A DNA stretch of 64,000 bases, from positions 1-64,000 of the forward strand of contig JBKAGE010000074.1 of NCBI GenBank assembly GCA_046290225.1, in the 5' to 3' direction. The position numbers and the translations under genes were made by a program. Under the pieces are notes generated by a model. It did not search any database, was not told the DNA's origin, and saw only the letters and a list, made by a program, of their open reading frames with translations. How positions within the stretch are numbered: position 1 is the first letter of the stretch; the number at the start of each line of letters is the position of its first letter. Source of the DNA: Bradymonadia bacterium. Lineage in GTDB: Bacteria; Myxococcota_A; Bradymonadia; UBA7976; UBA1532. Below are positions 60,525 through 64,000 of the stretch, in pieces.

Positions 60525-63278
60525 TCACTCGCAGGTGGTCGTGTAGGTATCGAACGTGTGTCGGTCGATGACCTCGTCGTCGATGAAGTCGGAGCTGTAG
60601 AGCAGCCGGAACACCCAGGGGCCCTCGGAGCCGGTGGTGAAGGGCAGGAATCCGAACTGCTCCACCTCGCTGGCACGCTGTGGATCAGCAAAGTCGCTGG
60701 CGCTCAAGCGGCCGAACCAGTCACCGTCGGCGCTCAGGTCGTGGCTGTAGATGCCCAGGACCTCTTCGTTGGAGCTCTGCCCGTCGAAATCGTTCACATA
60801 GCCCAGGGTGTAGGCCAGCGGCTGGTCTGCGACCACCAGAGCGCCCTCGGACTCTCGGGCCCCGGGGAGGCGCAGCCAGCCCAGGCCCTCGCGCCAGGTC
60901 TCGAGCCATTCTCTGATGGGGCCGAGCAGGCGCAGCACCGGGCCGCCAGGCTCCACGGGCAACATGATGGGGGACAAACGATCGACGTCGGGGATCGAGG
61001 CGTTGAGCGCCTCCACGTCGGCGAGGGTGATGGGCGTCACCTCGCCGTCTTCCACGTCGAAGACCTGGAACGGGTAGAGCACCTCGTTGTCTTCGGCATT
61101 GCTCACGGCGCCGAAGCGCACCCACCGCTGCTCGTTCTCGAACTCCGAGCGGCGAATGCGGCGGTGAGTCAGCCAGAAGAAGCGCTGCCCGTCGGGGTAG
61201 TCGGTGGCGGTGACAATGTCGGCGCGGATCGGCTCGCCTGGGGGCTCGGCGTACAGGTCGAACTGCACGTCGCGGTAGTCGCTGTGGCAGAAGAAGCGCG
61301 CCACGCCACCGCTGAGGAATTCGATGTCGAGGATGCGGCTCACGGCGAACTCGCTGCCCTCGAACTCGGGGCAGGGCACCGCGCGGGTCTCGATGTCCCA
61401 CGTGTCACCGTTGAGCTGACCCCAGAGGACCACTGGATCCCCCTGATCGCCGTCGAGGCTGTGGCCGATCAGGCGGGTGCCCGTGTCGTCGATGCGCAAG
61501 AGCTGTGGTCGGGCTGCGTTGTCCCACTGGCCCAGCAGGGTCACGTCGTTCGAGTCGCGCATCACGGACATCAGCAACATGAAGCCTGGCTCACGGGGGT
61601 TGTTCCGATCCCTCGAGGGGATCGCCACGAGGGCCTCGTTGCCATCTGGCAGCGCCACAGACTGGGCGTTGCCGTCGAAGGTGTTCGTGGAGAGGCCGCG
61701 GGTAAAGGAGGGCGAGACCACAGGTGTACTGCCGAGGCAGCACAGACCGTTGCGAGACTCACCATCGCCATCCTGATCAGCGTCAGTACAGTCCTCCGGC
61801 TGGGGATCTGGGGCGCCGTTGCTGTTCGTGGGGGCCGTACCGAGCACCTCGGGATCTTCCACCGTGTCCACAGGCACGAGATCCATCACGCCATCGCTGA
61901 AGATCACCACCTGCAGCTGGTCGCCACCGTCGCGGCGGAGCACGCTCAAAGGGTTCTCCACGGCAGAGACGTCGATGCGTCGGGTCTGATCACCCTCGAG
62001 GAGCAGAAGGCGGGGGCTGTCGTCGCCGGTGCGGTAGAAGACCACCCAGGCGCCCGGGTTCAAGCGCTGGATCGGTGACCAGTTCTCTGTGGTGAGATCA
62101 TTGTCGATGAGCTGCACCAGGCCATCTCGGTTCGCCGCTGAGGCTGCGTCGCCTTCGGGAGCCTCCACCTCGCCTGGCGTGGCCCGCCACATGCGCGGCC
62201 CCTCGGATACGCCGGGCAGGGTGCCGGTGAAGGTCAGCTGGTTTGTGTCTTCTACGAGCAGCTGAGCACCGCTCCGGTGCTCACAGCGCCAGCCGCCGGA
62301 GACCTGAGGGGTGGTGATGTCATTGTCGAGCACCACGCAGTGATCATTCCCGAGGGCGAAGACATAGCTGCCCAGGGCGTAGACCGCCCCCTCGGGGAAG
62401 CTCATGCCTGACTGATCGTCTTCAGGCTCGGCCGTGGTGTTGTCGCCGGCGCGGATGATCTGCCAGGCCACCGGAGGTTGCCGGTTACGGCCGTTCTTGT
62501 CGTCCTCTGCCCGGCGGCCCACCACGAGGATGTAGTTGTTCACCGTGTCGTAGGCCACCCGGATACGGGGCACGTCACCGTCGTAGAAGGTGTCGCCGAC
62601 GATGTCGAGGGTGATGGTCTCGCCGTTCTCGATGTCGTGGGCCCGGATGTATCTGGGCGAATCGTCGTCGTCCGGTTCGACCCGGGGGCCGTCGGCGAGG
62701 AAGATGTACCAGGGCCGGCCGGACTGGTGCACACCCTGCAGACGCTGGGTCAACTGATCTGTGGTCAGGTCTTCGAGGTAAGTCTCCACCTCGCCGAGAT
62801 CAGGCTGAGCGCCATCAGCGAGGGCTGGCACTGTGCGGCCCTTGAGGCTCTGCTCCGCCTCGTCGTACCAGACGAGGCGGCCTTCGTCGTCGTCGGCGAG
62901 CACCGCGAGGTGCAGCGGATTGAAGTTGAGCGAGTCGTCGACGAAGATCTGACCCCCGCCACCGCCCGAACCACCTTCGCCACCGGCGCCGGCAGCACCA
63001 CCGCCTGCCCCTGCACCACCACCAGCGCCGGCTGCGCCACCACCACCTGCCATACCACCGGCACCGCCAGCACCAGCAGCACCACCGGCCCCACCAGCCC
63101 CAGCGCCGCCATCAGCGCCGCCGAAGCTCACGTCGGGCAACATGGCGGCATCTCGCAGCTCGCCGAAGTCGGGCAGAGGCTCGAGATCGACAGGGTCACT
63201 GGGGCTACAGGCGAAGAGGCCCAGCATCATCAACCCTGCGGGGAGGGCGGCCTGGGTCAGTCTGTGTCGGTGGCTCAT
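60525..63278 (-). CDS. Large acidic hypothetical lipoprotein
   Basis: Lipobox LFAC, GAGG linker, one EDC..DQDGDG..CC motif. Confidence 0.75.
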   Translation of the reverse strand: MSHRHRLTQAALPAGLMMLGLFACSPSDPVDLEPLPDFGELRDAAMLPDVSFGGADGGAGAGGAGGAAGAGGAGGMAGGGGAAGAGGGAGAGGGAAGAGGEGGSGGGGGQIFVDDSLNFNPLHLAVLADDDEGRLVWYDEAEQSLKGRTVPALADGAQPDLGEVETYLEDLTTDQLTQRLQGVHQSGRPWYIFLADGPRVEPDDDDSPRYIRAHDIENGETITLDIVGDTFYDGDVPRIRVAYDTVNNYILVVGRRAEDDKNGRNRQPPVAWQIIRAGDNTTAEPEDDQSGMSFPEGAVYALGSYVFALGNDHCVVLDNDITTPQVSGGWRCEHRSGAQLLVEDTNQLTFTGTLPGVSEGPRMWRATPGEVEAPEGDAASAANRDGLVQLIDNDLTTENWSPIQRLNPGAWVVFYRTGDDSPRLLLLEGDQTRRIDVSAVENPLSVLRRDGGDQLQVVIFSDGVMDLVPVDTVEDPEVLGTAPTNSNGAPDPQPEDCTDADQDGDGESRNGLCCLGSTPVVSPSFTRGLSTNTFDGNAQSVALPDGNEALVAIPSRDRNNPREPGFMLLMSVMRDSNDVTLLGQWDNAARPQLLRIDDTGTRLIGHSLDGDQGDPVVLWGQLNGDTWDIETRAVPCPEFEGSEFAVSRILDIEFLSGGVARFFCHSDYRDVQFDLYAEPPGEPIRADIVTATDYPDGQRFFWLTHRRIRRSEFENEQRWVRFGAVSNAEDNEVLYPFQVFDVEDGEVTPITLADVEALNASIPDVDRLSPIMLPVEPGGPVLRLLGPIREWLETWREGLGWLRLPGARESEGALVVADQPLAYTLGYVNDFDGQSSNEEVLGIYSHDLSADGDWFGRLSASDFADPQRASEVEQFGFLPFTTGSEGPWVFRLLYSSDFIDDEVIDRHTFDTYTTTCE

Positions 63279-63445
63279 GGGTCGGTGACCTCGTAGAAGC
63301 GTGTCAGTCCATCTTGGCTCGGTTTGTACACAATGTGACCGAGCCGAATCTATCACGGCGAAATATGCGCCATTTTTGATGTGTGGTTGCCTCGGTCCAC
63401 CTGGGGTGCCACCCTGTCACAGGGCGTCGAAGGTGGAGGCTCGAG

Positions 63446-64000
63446 ATGCGGACCACACACATCGTCAGCATGGGCGCAGCGGTGGCGCTCACCGTCACAG
63501 CATGTGCTGCATCGGGCAGCAGGGCCGTCATCGGTGGCACCCTCGCTCTGGTGGTCATCGGCGTCGTGTGGGCGCTGCAGAAGAGAAACACCTCAGATGA
63601 TCGAGAAAAAAACCCTCGAGAGGCCCAATCGAAGCCTGCAGGCAGCCTAGTGCCACCCACGAGCACCAACAATGGCGCCTTCGATCCGTTGAAGGAGAGC
63701 GAGCGCCAGCTCAGAGAAGCACGCGCCGCCGACGGGCAGCCTGATCAGGAGAACCAGGGCGAGGATGGAAACGCTTCCTCGACGGACTCGGAAACTGGCA
63801 AAACCGCTGTCGTGCCCTCTGATGACCCTCAGGAGAAGCCCGGGAAGGTGGGCGACACTGACAAGGACAACCCCGATCAGGACAACCCCGACGAAGGTGA
63901 CGCTGGCCTGCCTGATGCGGAGCCACGTAAACCTCCACCGTTGATGCCGTGCCTCTCCATCCTCCCACCGAAGGATCCCCCCATCGGACCGTGCCTGAAG
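63446..64000 (+). CDS. Hypothetical membrane-anchored low-complexity protein, truncated by window edge
   Basis: GGAGG SD; hand translation open to the window end; hydrophobic N-terminus, acidic linker, ends MPCLSILPP..IGPCLK. Confidence 0.65.
   Translation, partial: MRTTHIVSMGAAVALTVTACAASGSRAVIGGTLALVVIGVVWALQKRNTSDDREKNPREAQSKPAGSLVPPTSTNNGAFDPLKESERQLREARAADGQPDQENQGEDGNASSTDSETGKTAVVPSDDPQEKPGKVGDTDKDNPDQDNPDEGDAGLPDAEPRKPPPLMPCLSILPPKDPPIGPCLK

Noticed and set aside
62965..63125. Low-complexity GCC/ACC tract
   Set aside because: Encodes the GAGG linker of the lipoprotein, which is ordinary in this lineage.

Overview
High-GC bacterial chromosome segment. The RCC1/TSP3 surface proteins, GAGG-linker lipoproteins and Rpn-like paralogues point to Myxococcota (inference). 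1-9.6 kb: three tandem paralogous secreted proteins sharing TSP3-like repeats and a very long left-handed beta-helix, with swapped end domains. 9.7-40 kb: mostly ordinary accessory genes (RavA-like ATPase/VWA operon, RseP, ECF sigma operon, two broken Rpn-like genes, AlkB, TetR-TolC-MFP-RND pump, M20 peptidase, lipoproteins, and an FMO + acyltransferase-cNMP + 2OG oxygenase trio). About 41.4-59.1 kb: a ~17.7 kb integrative element inserted in the last codons of a sigma54-type response regulator. The gene tail KLEKYGIG(S/Q)* occurs at both ends in synonymously recoded form around a shared 8-bp core, and GTGGACA repeats sit inside both ends. The element carries int/xis, a second Cre-like recombinase, an RHH + Rep-like pair with iteron-like repeats, a Dam-type methylase, a TcmP + DUF5131 pair, and OLD, HEPN-like and PD-(D/E)XK nuclease candidates. 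I see no capsid or conjugation genes. No rRNA, tRNA or CRISPR array was recognised. All family calls come from reading motifs by eye, not from database searches.
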